DNA of 59,074 bases, the filler included, from Jimgerdemannia flammicorona (Eukaryota): the NCBI GenBank assembly GCA_003990765.1. It is 2 parts of 2 records of this genome, joined end to end, with 100 filler letters (N's around TTAATTAATTAA, not from the genome) between each part and the next. Parts side by side here need not be neighbours in the genome. Positions count along the whole stretch, not along the records: positions 1 to 29,497 come from RBNJ01000496.1; positions 29,598 to 59,074 come from RBNJ01000497.1. One strand, 5' to 3'. How positions within the stretch are numbered: position 1 is the stretch's first letter; every line of letters starts with the position of its first letter. Both the position numbers and the translations under genes were made by a program. This document shows, in pieces, positions 23,806 to 34,590 of the stretch. The notes under the pieces are model-generated. The model had not been told where the DNA came from. It made no database searches and saw nothing but the letters and a program-made list of their open reading frames with translations.

Positions 23806-24990
23806 TTTTTTTTTTTTTTGTTTAATGGACTCATGTCCTGCGGATTTTTATTGGAAGGGAACCTAGACTATATGGCCAAAACCCTCCCCCACCACCCACC
23901 AAGCACTGCCCTCCCATTAACCTAGGCTAGCTATTGTCCAGCAGCTCGACCATGCCAGGCGCAGCAGGGCTGATAAGCCCACACCTCATTCTGTGCACTA
24001 TGCTCTTCCTACCACCAGGGGAAACCCAACCATACGCCAATGACTGAAAGCGCACGCCCGAGAACCCATCATATGTACAAGGCCATGCCTGAGCCGAATA
24101 GAATAGCCCCTGCCACCCCAAAGAGAATGACAGGCAAATAAAAAACCCTCATCAAAGCACAACATAGTGGGTAGGGCCTGGTTCTCCCAGTTGAGGTGAG
24201 TAAAGGACTTACATGTGAGGTGGGAGGAAACCCCCAATACCCCACTACTCAAGCCTGTGGGCCTCGATCACATTGCCATATCAGCTCCCGGTTCCAGTTG
24301 AGTACAGCCAAGATGCCTGAAATGGGTAGCCTTGGGCCCCCTGACCCCCCCTGATGACTGGGGCCTCACCCCGCTACCCGCCAAAAGAAGCCAAGAGTGA
24401 CACCTACCACCTAACCATGCCGCACCAATCAAAAGGCCCCACCGAAGCAGTACCTGCCCCAGCCCCAATGACTGCCCCCAGCCTGGCACCCTACTGGTTC
24501 ACCGTAATCACCCTTCCGCCTATCTGTGACGGCCATCTCCCCTCCCATCCCGACAACACCTGAAAAGCAGTCACCTATGCCAGAACCGCGCTTGCCGGGA
24601 AGCTCGCCAAAGCCAGAGGGCTCCACCACAGACACCGAGGACCTGCAGGTAACCTATACTGAGCACTTGATGCCCAAGGTCGGCCGACTCCCTATATAGT
24701 CTGAGACATACCGAGACAACTCCTTGTTGGCGACAGCAAAAGGAAGAAGGCGCCGCACCAAAACGGGTATACCCCAGATGCAGCTGAAGGCACCAGAATC
24801 CGCGAAAAAGTGGAGGAAGCACTGATCTGACACCGATAAAGGGGCAACTCATCACCATTGCCCTCCTCCCACCATGCCCCTATAGGCACAGCAAACCAAC
24901 CCGAGGTAGAGGGGGTAATATTAGGGGAAAGGGGACTCGGAAGGTCACCTACCAAACCTTGTGACTGGTAAGGTAGCGGAGAAAGGAGCT
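23806..24990 (-). mobile_element. Poly(A) retroposon (probably a 5'-truncated LINE) with 16-bp TSD
   Basis: Poly(T) at 23806-23819. TSD GGAAGATGTRATGGTC at 23790-23805 and 24991-25006. GC- and CpG-rich. A second copy lies at 1-123. Confidence 0.9.
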
Positions 24991-24996
24991 GGAAGA

Positions 24997-25491
24997 TGTG
25001 ATGGTCAATCTGAATTAGTAACATGAATCAGAGGAATTAGACATTTAATTGTAGTACCTGAATCCAACTCCCAATATAGCTTAGCCTTACAAATAAGCAG
25101 TCATATTTTACAAGTGTAGAAACTTTAACACTCATAGAAACTTTGGCAACTGTAGAAATTCTACAGATATAAATCCTTTACAATTGTAAAGATTCTGGCA
25201 GATGTAGAATTTGCACTTACTGACTCACAGAAAATGTAATCATAACTTAGCCATCTTATAACTAGCAAAACTTATATAAATAACCCAGTATCTTAGAGTA
25301 AATAAACCTCAGATCAAAATAGTTCAAAGCAAAGAGATAGCAAAGGAACTAGTAAGCCTGCAGGCAGATACACTTTGAACTCACCCACCCTCTCCTGCAA
25401 CTTCAAGAGACTCTGTGAGAGTCAGAACAGTCAAGTTTTCAAGATACAGAAATCTGACATACTTTCAAGAGTAAGCATCTGTTACATTACA
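24997..25491 (+). repeat. 3' LTR of A2
   Basis: Direct repeat of 17516-18010; the differences seen are transitions. Confidence 0.96.
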
Positions 25492-25495
25492 ATAT

Positions 25496-25890
25496 ATAGT
25501 ATTATTTTATATGCAAATATATAGAAAACAGCACTATATACTTAGAATATATCTCCATAGAGTATATAATTGCAGACTTGTTGACCAAAGCCCTTCCAAA
25601 GCTGAAGTTTGAGTAATATACTAAAGAAATAGGTCTTATAAGTTATATATCAGTATTCAGTTAATTACAAAATACTTTTCAGACTATTAAAAGCCTTATA
25701 CTATATATATATCTATGAGTAGATTATATATATTACATTTTTTTATATTCTTTACCTATAGATAGATATTTCAGATATTTTAAGTATTCCAGAATACTTT
25801 TTGACCTATGAAAATTCCTTGAATATAGGATTTTATATAGTAAATTGAGTTATATATAGTTCTAGTTTTTTATATATATTATGCATTTAG

Positions 25891-25962
<72 letters not shown>

Positions 25963-26143
25963 AGTATATGTTTTATTTTTTTTTTTTTAGTTACATATCT
26001 CATTGAGTAAGAGTATTGAGATGACAGCTTGATATATCAGTGTATGATCTTATACTATTCTATCATATTTATATCATTTATCAGTAAAGTATAAAATATG
26101 TAATCTATACAACTTCAATAAAAAAACCCCTCTCTTTATAATA
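25496..26143 (+). mobile_element. Copia RNase H end, 3' UTR with poly(T), PPT and a 3' LTR of about 130 bp (26014-26143)
   Basis: I*YYFICKYIE...IADLLTKALPKLKFE. The LTR is homologous to the reverse complement of 48141-48270. Confidence 0.85.
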
Positions 26144-27604
26144 TAATATATACTAGATTTGTTAAAATTGATAACTTAACTATATATTGATTGATTTTAT
26201 TTAAGCTATTAAGATCTCATTTAGGTAAAAATCTTGCTGGTGTCTTTGTGAACTGTATTTGAGATTTTGGTATACAGATAAAGATATATAGAATAAGTTT
26301 TTCAAAAAGATTATATTTTAAAAAGATCAGATTTTTGAAAAAGATTGAGTAAAAAAGATTGAGTTTTTAAAAAAGATCAGATTTTTGAAAAAGGTTGGAT
26401 TTTCAAAAATAGTCAGGTTTTCAAAAAAAAAGTTGGGGTTTTAAAAATAGTTAGATTTTTAAAAAAGTTCAGATTTTCAAAAAAAGATTGAGTTTTTAAA
26501 AAAGATCAGAGTTTAAAAAAAGATTATCTTATATTCAAATTATTGATTTTTTACTCTAGATATTAGCTATAACAATAGATAATACATTTAATAATACTAT
26601 ATTTTTTCAAACTAACCTTAACTATCAGTCAATATAATATATATACTGCTTAGCTCATATCATTAATTTGACTGTTCAGGACTTTTTAGTCTATTTAAAA
26701 GCTGATGATAATATGTATGAGTAAAGATAGTTCTAGAGAAATAATTTTAAAGCTCTGATTAATTATTATTAAGATCTAGTTATTACTATAATATCAAGAG
26801 AGATTTACTATATAATATAAAGCTTTTGGAGTCTGCAATTCAAAAAAACTTATTTTGGATATTAAAACTTAATGAAATTTAACATATGTGATAGTTAAAT
26901 GGGTCTTAGAATCATTAGAGATAAGCTGATTATATTATATTTAATTTTTTAATTTTTCAGTTTTTTCTTCAAATAATCTAATAAATTAATTTATTAATAG
27001 TTATTAATCTCAATAGTTATAGCTGACAAATATTTACAAAAATATGCTATAGAAGACTATATTTAGCAGATATTAAAAAATATTATTAGTATACTAAAGT
27101 ACTTTAAACAAGCAACAGATCTTGTAGCTCAGTATAAATATCTAATAATTTATTCTACTGTTTCTATTTACAACTTTCTAATAGATATATTGGAGAATAA
27201 TGATCAAGAAATTCAAAAACATACAGAAGAGTCAAATATTATTTACTTGATACTAACTATAGCTATTACTAAGTTGAAGATATTATTTAATAATAAATAT
27301 TTCAAAATTTGCTTAATATCAGAAATAGTATAAATCTATTTTGAAATTCACTTGTTAGCCATTACTAATTTATTTTAAATTTTATTTTATTTTATTTTTT
27401 AATAAAAACCAGTACTCTATCCCAGGCTTAAGCTAGAATATTATTTATTATATGATTGAGAAGACATTTAGATTGAAGAGACTAAAGATAAACTTTATAT
27501 AGTTTATAATAAAAACTATACTTCTTTATCTAGATCAATTAATCAAATAAGTTCTGAAGATTATGAAGAAGTAGAAGATAATGTTGATACTATACTATAA
27601 ATAT
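26144..27604 (+). pseudogene. hAT transposase, central part
   Basis: Y*IC*N**L..LIDF, SHLGKNLA, ILAITIDNTFNN, CLAHIINLTVQ, LILDIKT**NLTY and LYPRLKLEYY. Confidence 0.85.
26295..26525. repeat. Minisatellite of about 20-21 bp (TTTTYAAAAAAGATYAGA-like) in a hAT intron
   Basis: About 10 imperfect tandem units are visible. Confidence 0.8.
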
Positions 27605-29009
27605 TATAATATAATGGACAAATAACTAGGGAAATACATTGGACTTCCATAACTCTTCTTGACTTCTTAGAGTTATAAGTAGTATCTGTCTAATCTCATT
27701 ATCAGACTACCAGAGTGAGGCTCAAACTCTTTTGACCTGAGGTTTATTTACTCTAGATACTGAGATATTTATATAAGTTTACTAGCTATAAGATAGCTAA
27801 GTTATGACTACATTTTCTATGAGTTACTTTTTATAAGTATAGATCCTCTATATCTATAAAATCTCTACATTTGTAAAGTTTCTATATCTGTAGAATTTCT
27901 ACATTTGTGAAATAACTATTATTTTGTAAGAATTCAGATACCATGATCAAATGTCTATTTTCTGTTTCTATTTTATACCATATATCATATCTTCTCTTTA
28001 AATAAGTTATTTTTGATACAAAAATACCTATTTAAATTCTTATATCTCAATATTTATATGTTTATTCCCTCTATATAGATATATTTGTGATATATTTAAG
28101 TAATTATCAGAATATTTTTCAAGATCTCAAAAAAAGTCTTTAGATAATTAATTCAGGAAGTAGTATACATATCATCAAAAAGTCAGATAGTGGTAAATCA
28201 TATATTACAGGACAGCTTTCAGGTTCATTAAGTGTGAACTTTAGGATAGATTATATCTTCAAAAGTGGTGGGTGACAGCAGTCTATTAATATGTTGGGCA
28301 GCATTCATATATTGTCAAAAGTCAGACAACAGTATCTTCAAAGATCAAGTAGTGATAAATTATATATTATAGGATAGCTTCTAGGCTATATTATGGGATA
28401 GCTTCTAGGCTTATAAATTATATATTGTAGGATAGATTGTATCTTTAAAAGTAGTAGGTGACAGTGGTCTATTCATATATTGGGCAGTGTTTATATATTA
28501 TCAAAAGTCAGATGATGATAGTTTATATATTGTTAAAAGTCAGATAATGATAGTTCATATATCATCAAAAGTTAGATGATGATAGTTTATATTAGTTGTT
28601 TATTATTTAGCTTAAAAGTGAGAGATTTATCTTGAATCACCAGCTAATAGGTACTAAGTTATAATGTAGTGGATATATAATCAGAGAGATGTAGCAGATT
28701 TCCATAACTCTTCTTGACTTCTTAGAGTTATAAGTAGTATCTGTCTGATCTCATTATCAAACTACTAGGGTGAGACTCAAACTCTTTTGACCTAAGGTTT
28801 ATTCACTCTAGATACTAGGATATTTATATAAGTTTACTAGCTATAAGGTGGCTAAGTTATAACTATATTTCCTATGAGTCACTTTTTACAAATATAGATC
28901 CTCTATATCTGTAAAATCTCTATATTTATAAAATAACTATTATTTATAAGAATTCAGATATTATGATTAAATGTCTATTTCTTGTTTCTATTTCATACCA
29001 TATATTATA
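27605..29009 (-). mobile_element. Non-autonomous miniature LTR retrotransposon (TRIM-like) related to Gypsy A
   Basis: LTRs at 27605-27989 and 28660-29009, PBS at about 28635-28656, PPT at about 27990-28000, TSD ATAT at 27601-27604 and 29010-29013. The interior is non-coding with tandem repeats at about 28165-28590. Confidence 0.88.
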
Positions 29010-29013
29010 ATAT

Positions 29014-29369
29014 ATATTTAACAAAAGACAAAAACTGATAACAAATCCTAAGTAAGAGATAGATACTTATTTAAAAAGTAAAACTATTAAATTTTAAGTG
29101 AGAGTTGATATATTATCTTAGTAGTAATTGAGTTGGGAATTTATATTTAAATTAGATCAATTTGAAATATTATTTGAGTTTCTCTAATTGATTTAATTAA
29201 TTGAGAATATTAGAGCCATAGTAGAGATTACCCAAATCTAGTAAAAATAATATATAACTACTTAGCTATTCCAGTAATAAGTACTCTAATTGAGAGAGTT
29301 TTTTGAAGTAATAAAGATCTTATAGCAGCTAAAAGAGGTACTTTAGACCCTGAACTAATTTGTAAATAT
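29014..29369 (+). pseudogene. hAT C-terminal dimerisation domain
   Basis: EIDTYL, then DYPNLVKIIYNYLAIPVISTLIERVF...KRGTLDPELI. Confidence 0.88.
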
Positions 29370-29497
29370 TGTGATGGTACAGCCGAATTTGGAAGAAGGA
29401 AATAGGGAATAGACACTTGATCGCACCCATTCCCAAAGTAGTATAGCCTTATAGTTAGCAGTCCTCGATTTCGACATTGTCTAATTTCTTAGACATT
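29370..29497 (+). repeat. Start of another Gypsy-A-related LTR, cut by the gap
   Basis: TGTGATGGT start preceded by ATAT. Shares GGGAATAGACAYTTGATCG and TAGCCTTA..AGCAGT with A LTRs and retains CpGs. Confidence 0.75.
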
Positions 29498-29597
29498 NNN
29501 NNNNNNNNNNNNNNNNNNNNNNNNNNNNNNNNNNNNNNNNNTTAATTAATTAANNNNNNNNNNNNNNNNNNNNNNNNNNNNNNNNNNNNNNNNNNNN
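29498..29597. other. Artificial contig spacer (44 N + TTAATTAATTAA + 44 N)
   Basis: Symmetric 100-nt linker with stop codons in all six frames. Confidence 0.97.
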
Positions 29598-32552
29598 TTT
29601 TTTATAGTTATAAAGACTTCTACTTTATTATAAAACTGTCTATAATATACTAATACAAATGAGCTCTTCCCTCAATCTCACTTGGGAACTCCCTCTCCTC
29701 TTCATTATTTCTTTGAAACACTGCTAACTCCCCTTCTATCTCAATCCTCTTCTCACTCTTTCTGCAGATTGTCTCCATCAATCACCTCCAATACCCCCCA
29801 CCAGCACTCTCACCCCTCCACTATCCATTTAATATATCTGTCATCAGCTACTCCCATCTAGCCACTCTTACCCTCAATGTCAACTGTTGACTCTCCTCAA
29901 ATATATATAGCCAATGTCCTGCAAGTCTAATCCAAATTGCCAGTATCTATCCTAATATCAACTACTCATCTCCTAACCCCCCCACCAGCCTCCTCCAGAG
30001 GTCACTCCATCTCTTTCCTGCTGCTAACCCTAGTGAATATATCTCTAGCCACATCTCAATCTCTTTTTAAAAGTCACACATTACCTCATACTCTCCTAGT
30101 TGATGCTCAGGAGTCTGTACTACTCCTCTCTTCTGCCCAATGTTCAGACACTCCTCATACTCCTGGATACCTCCTTCCACGAAGTGGTCTATTCAGTATT
30201 TCAATATTATATAATATTATAGAATTCTCCACCATACTATCCAAAACTTGTAGGGGATTCATCTCACTGCCTGCTTACCTTACAGTCAAATGTTATTTTA
30301 GTCATATTTCTCTTCAATTCCCACCCCTTGCCATGTCTCAGACTACAGATCTCTTCTATGTTCCTGAAGGCACTCTATGCTATTCTCTAAGCAAAGTCAT
30401 CCACTAATGTTCTGTCTAATAGAAGATAGTCCCACCTCTATATCTGAGATTTCCATTCCTCCTCCCCCTCATCACCCCTCTATTGAAGACCAATACAGTG
30501 TGCCCCATCAATCACCCCTTATCAGAATTCCCTATATTGCATTCTCTGACTCTTCTCCAAAGCCACCAGAGTTAGAAGATCCCCAGTTGTACTATAGAGA
30601 GAAAACTGGACCTCCTACACCCTCTGCATGTGGGAAACCCCCTCTCAACCTCTTAACTCACTTACTTGCTTCAGCTACCTTACTCTCAAGTAGTAAAGTT
30701 ACTTAGAAAAATCCACCAGACTCAGGCCTCCCTGGTCTACTGGCCAGATCAATACCTTACAACCAATCTGACTCTATTGCCCTACCTATATCTAGGTTCT
30801 GGCCATCTTCAACAATCACTTTACCACTTATGCTGAAAAGGCCAAGTAGTACCCCAGATACTATAGCTTAAACAACTAGTATATATTCAATACTATTACC
30901 TTTTCTGTCAGAGATATATAGTAACCGCCCCACTTCAAGAAAGTACTTCTCTACTATATCAACTGCTTCTCCTATCACCCATATAGTAGCAAGGAGCCAT
31001 ATACCAAAAAGTAAATTTCCAGATAGTAAACAATCTCTCCTACAGAGATAATTGTTCCAATTATATCTCTACCTATTATCTCTTCTCTCAACACTATAGT
31101 CTCATACTTATACCAGTTGAGCTTTGTATCCAAGTACTCCTCAAACCACTCTACTGCACCTTTTAGCACTGCAACATCCTTAGCTGACCCCAGTCCAACC
31201 ACCATATTATCAGCAAAGACCCCCACCTTTCTATTAATCCCCAGAATGTCCAACTCTTCCACCTTTTACTATATTCTATCCAAAAGAGGCTCCAGAGATA
31301 ATATATATAGAATCAGTAATAGTGGATCTCTCTGCAGCACTTCTTGGCCCAGAGGGAACAAAATTCCTTTATATCTATTTATTATAATTACTGTCCAACT
31401 CCCTTCCAGTAGACCAATCAAGGCCTACCATACTCCAGGGGGGACTTCAATATACTTTAGTACTCCTTTCAACTATACATACCAGACTCTATCATATGCC
31501 TTCTTCTGGTCTAAGAAAACTAGCTGCCTATTCACTCCAGTAGTATGAGTACCCTTGATAATACCATGTATCCAGGCTGTCCCATCTCTAATTAGATGTC
31601 TCCCAATAAATTCTTTCTGCTCAGCCCACAGAACCTATTGAGTCACTTCTTGTAGCCTAGCCACTAGTACCTTTATGACCTGTTTGCAATCCATATCCAG
31701 AAGTATAATCATCCTCCAGTTCTTTCACTTCTCTCTTCTCTTCTTATTCTTAAACAGCAGAGCTATAAGATCCAAGCTCTGCCCTCTCATCCATACCCTA
31801 GAGCCAATCACTTCATCATATATTGCCATTATTTCCTCTTGGACAGTAGCACCTAGATTACTTAAGCCTGCTGTCAGATCAGAGTGCTATTCATCCAAGT
31901 ATCTGTCAATGTTCAGTACCTCCACTCCTCTATTCTCCTCACTCTATAAATATCTCCACCATCTGCTTAACTGGTCTAGAATCTCTAGCCTCCCAACAAC
32001 CAACTCCCCAGACTCATCCAAAACACCCTCTCACTACTGCCATACTCTCCTCATCAGTAAAAGCTATAACAAAAACTTGGTAGGTCTTTACCCCTCCTCT
32101 AATCTCTATCACTACAGGCAGGCCACTATGTTCTTAACCTGTAGGTCCTCTTCTTACCTCAGTATACTCTTTAGCTCCTCTACCTCTAGCCTGATCTACT
32201 GTATTTATTAATCTCCTTTCTTATCATCATTCAATAGATCTATCTACTAAGTCATCAATAACCTTACATACCACTAGAAGACCTACCTCACTCAACTTCT
32301 TTCTCTGAGTACCCCACATTCTTCCTGCCTCCCTCCAGTATCATTGTGCCTCAGATTTCAATTATATCCAGTGATTCTCAATCTCCAGCCTCTCTGCTCT
32401 CCAACTAAGAATCCTGGAGCTAATATCTACTACCCACACCTCCTATAGAGAGGCCTAGGTATTCAGTCACCAATGTCCAGACCCCTCTCCACTACTCTCA
32501 AAACACCCCTCTTCTAGAAGACCTCAGTGATCTGACATAGATACTATATAGT
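29598..32552 (-). mobile_element. L1/Tx1-like LINE copy 1, 3' part (RT to poly(A))
   Basis: Reverse-complement homologue of about 35250-38344, with FLDQKKAYD, QRDPL and VFADN. Confidence 0.9.
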
Positions 32553-32630
32553 CATATGGGCCCCTTTTACTGACAACATTCAGATGACATAAGACTCAGG
32601 CAACACTTTTTACAATGTTTTTGGTGATAG

Positions 32631-34559
32631 ATGAGTATCGACATAGATAGCAATGATTACACAGGTGAGCGTGCTGGTCAGGGGAGCAGTGGTGCCTTTG
32701 GCTAGCAATAAGTGGAGAGGAGGGGAGATGGTTTGGGGATGCCAGGGGACTTGATGGCTGGTAGAGGTACTGGTGGTAGAGGGAGGGGTGGCCTGAGGCA
32801 AAGTGGAGAGGAGAGGTCAACCTTTGCTGACAAGGTCAAGATGGGGAGAATGGCCACTAGTCTGGATGGTTGGCTGGGCCTGGGGAAGGCATCAATAGCT
32901 ACTGCTGGGGGACAGAGAGGAGTGTCCAGGGGAGTGTCCAGTGGTAGGGGAGGGGGGGGAGTAGGGGCTGGAGATGTGACTGTTGATGGAGCTGTGACTG
33001 GGGATCTGGAAAAAAATCCAGATATGATTGCAGTTGATGGTTCAGGACAGGGGGTGGGCATGAGGCCCAGGGACCTAGTGGATGGGGTGATGGGCATGGT
33101 GTTGGCACCATTACACAAGAAATCAAGATCATAATTTGCTGTCACATTGTGTTTCAGGGGCTTGGTGGTAACTGTAAGGATAATCTTGGGGCTGGTGATA
33201 CAGGAGGTGAAAGGGGTAGCATTGGTGAAGTTTTTGAAGAGGAAGGAAGGGGTCGAGGTAGGGTTTGAGGAAGAGGAAGCATTGCTGGCTACCATGGAGA
33301 AGTGGGTAATAGTGGGTGGGGTTGTGGTTCCTATGGCCAGGTGCATGTACTGGGACCCTTGTATGATATAGTTGATGATGTTGGATCTTCCTATGGTATT
33401 GAGAGAGAGGGCCAGGGAGTTGATTGTGGGAGCAGTCAAGGAGTATGGAGATATTGTAGACATCAGGTTCAAGGTCTGGGAGGGTACAGAGCTCTGGACA
33501 GGTGATGTTGATGTCTGGGTGAGACTGGTTGGAAAGGAGAACATGAGGAAGACAAGGGATTAGTCAGTGACTCTGAAGTGGGGACAAGTGGAGTACAAGG
33601 TTGCAAGGGTGAAGGGGACTCAGGAAGAGGAGGAAGATTTGCTTGAGGCTCTGGAGGATCTGGCTGGTGTGGTTGAGAGGAGGAGATTGGCTTGGAAGGA
33701 GTATGAAGCCAAGATAGTTGTGGAAGTCGTTGATGAGAAGAGGATCAGGATAGATTAGGTGATCTGGGAGAAGATACAGGGGAGGAGAATCCAGAAAGAA
33801 CTGCTGGTGAAGTTGGATGATGGTGGGGCTGGTGGCAGAGCAAGGGATGGGAGAGCAGGATTGTGTGAGAGTGTCTGGGCTGGGGAATGAGAGATGGCCC
33901 AAGGTGGGGCCAAGAATGGACCAAGGAAGAAGAGGGAGGGTAGTGTAGAGGTGGATGCAGAAATGAGCGAAGGAGTACACCCTCAGTATAGTGTCCTGGG
34001 TGGGGCAGGGGGTGAGGAGGAGTTACTGGATATCCCAGATGAGGAGGGGGATGAGTCAGTAAGGAGGAGCACTTTAGTGGACCCAGAGGTGGGGGGTGAT
34101 CAAGTCACCCAGGGTATGGCAGAGGCAGTGGATGAGGAAAAGTGGCTGTGGAAGACTCTGGAAGGGGTAGCAGCAGAAGAGTTGGGGGGTGAGGACTTCC
34201 AGGTTATGGAGGAGAGGCATTGGGAGGAAATTCTTCATAGTGAGGAGATACCAAGAAAAGTGTGGAATGAGATCCTGGCAGTTCTCTTGGAATCAGTTGA
34301 ATACCAAGTTGATGATCAGAGAGAGGAGGAACTTAGAGGGATTGCAAATGACCAGGCAGCTTACTTGTAGGGCTTGAGGAAGGGATTGGAGAAGTGGAGA
34401 GTGGTCTGCACAGACTATCAGTTAGAGATGGAGGTGGTGGATGGGGTGGAATATCAAGAAATCTTGGAAGCATTGGATGCTCAGGCTATCATAGAGGGTG
34501 ACTTGGAAGCAGAGCAGTACTTGGATCTGGCTGGGGATGAGATGAGTATGGAATACTAG
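32631..34559 (+). pseudogene. LINE ORF1 (Gly-rich N-terminus, RRM-like middle, acidic C-terminus)
   Basis: In-frame pieces at 32712, 33147, 33372, 33567, 33894 and 34374. LDLP...EYGDIVDI...WTGDVDVWVRL. No CCHC knuckle seen. Confidence 0.85.
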
Positions 34560-34590
34560 GCTGGAGTCTCAAATCCAAACATTATTCAAT

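Larger units (their letters stand above)
17516..25491 (+). mobile_element. Full-length Ty3/Gypsy family A, copy A2, with 4-bp TSD ATAT
   Basis: Two 495-bp TG..CA LTRs, PBS, PPT and a complete domain set. ATAT lies at 17512-17515 and 25492-25495. Confidence 0.97.

Noticed and set aside
25896..25961. Poly(T) as a retroposon tail, also 6380-6488
   Set aside because: No TSD or attached element was found. The second Copia has only a short tract at the matching position, so slippage or a sequencing artefact is more likely.
29498..29597. TTAATTAATTAA palindrome within N runs
   Set aside because: Artificial six-frame-stop linker. The two sides are not necessarily adjacent in the genome.
32702..33544. 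280-aa minus-strand ORF and other antisense ORFs over LINE and Gypsy genes
   Set aside because: Shadow frames of G-rich or A-rich coding strands, with no motifs.
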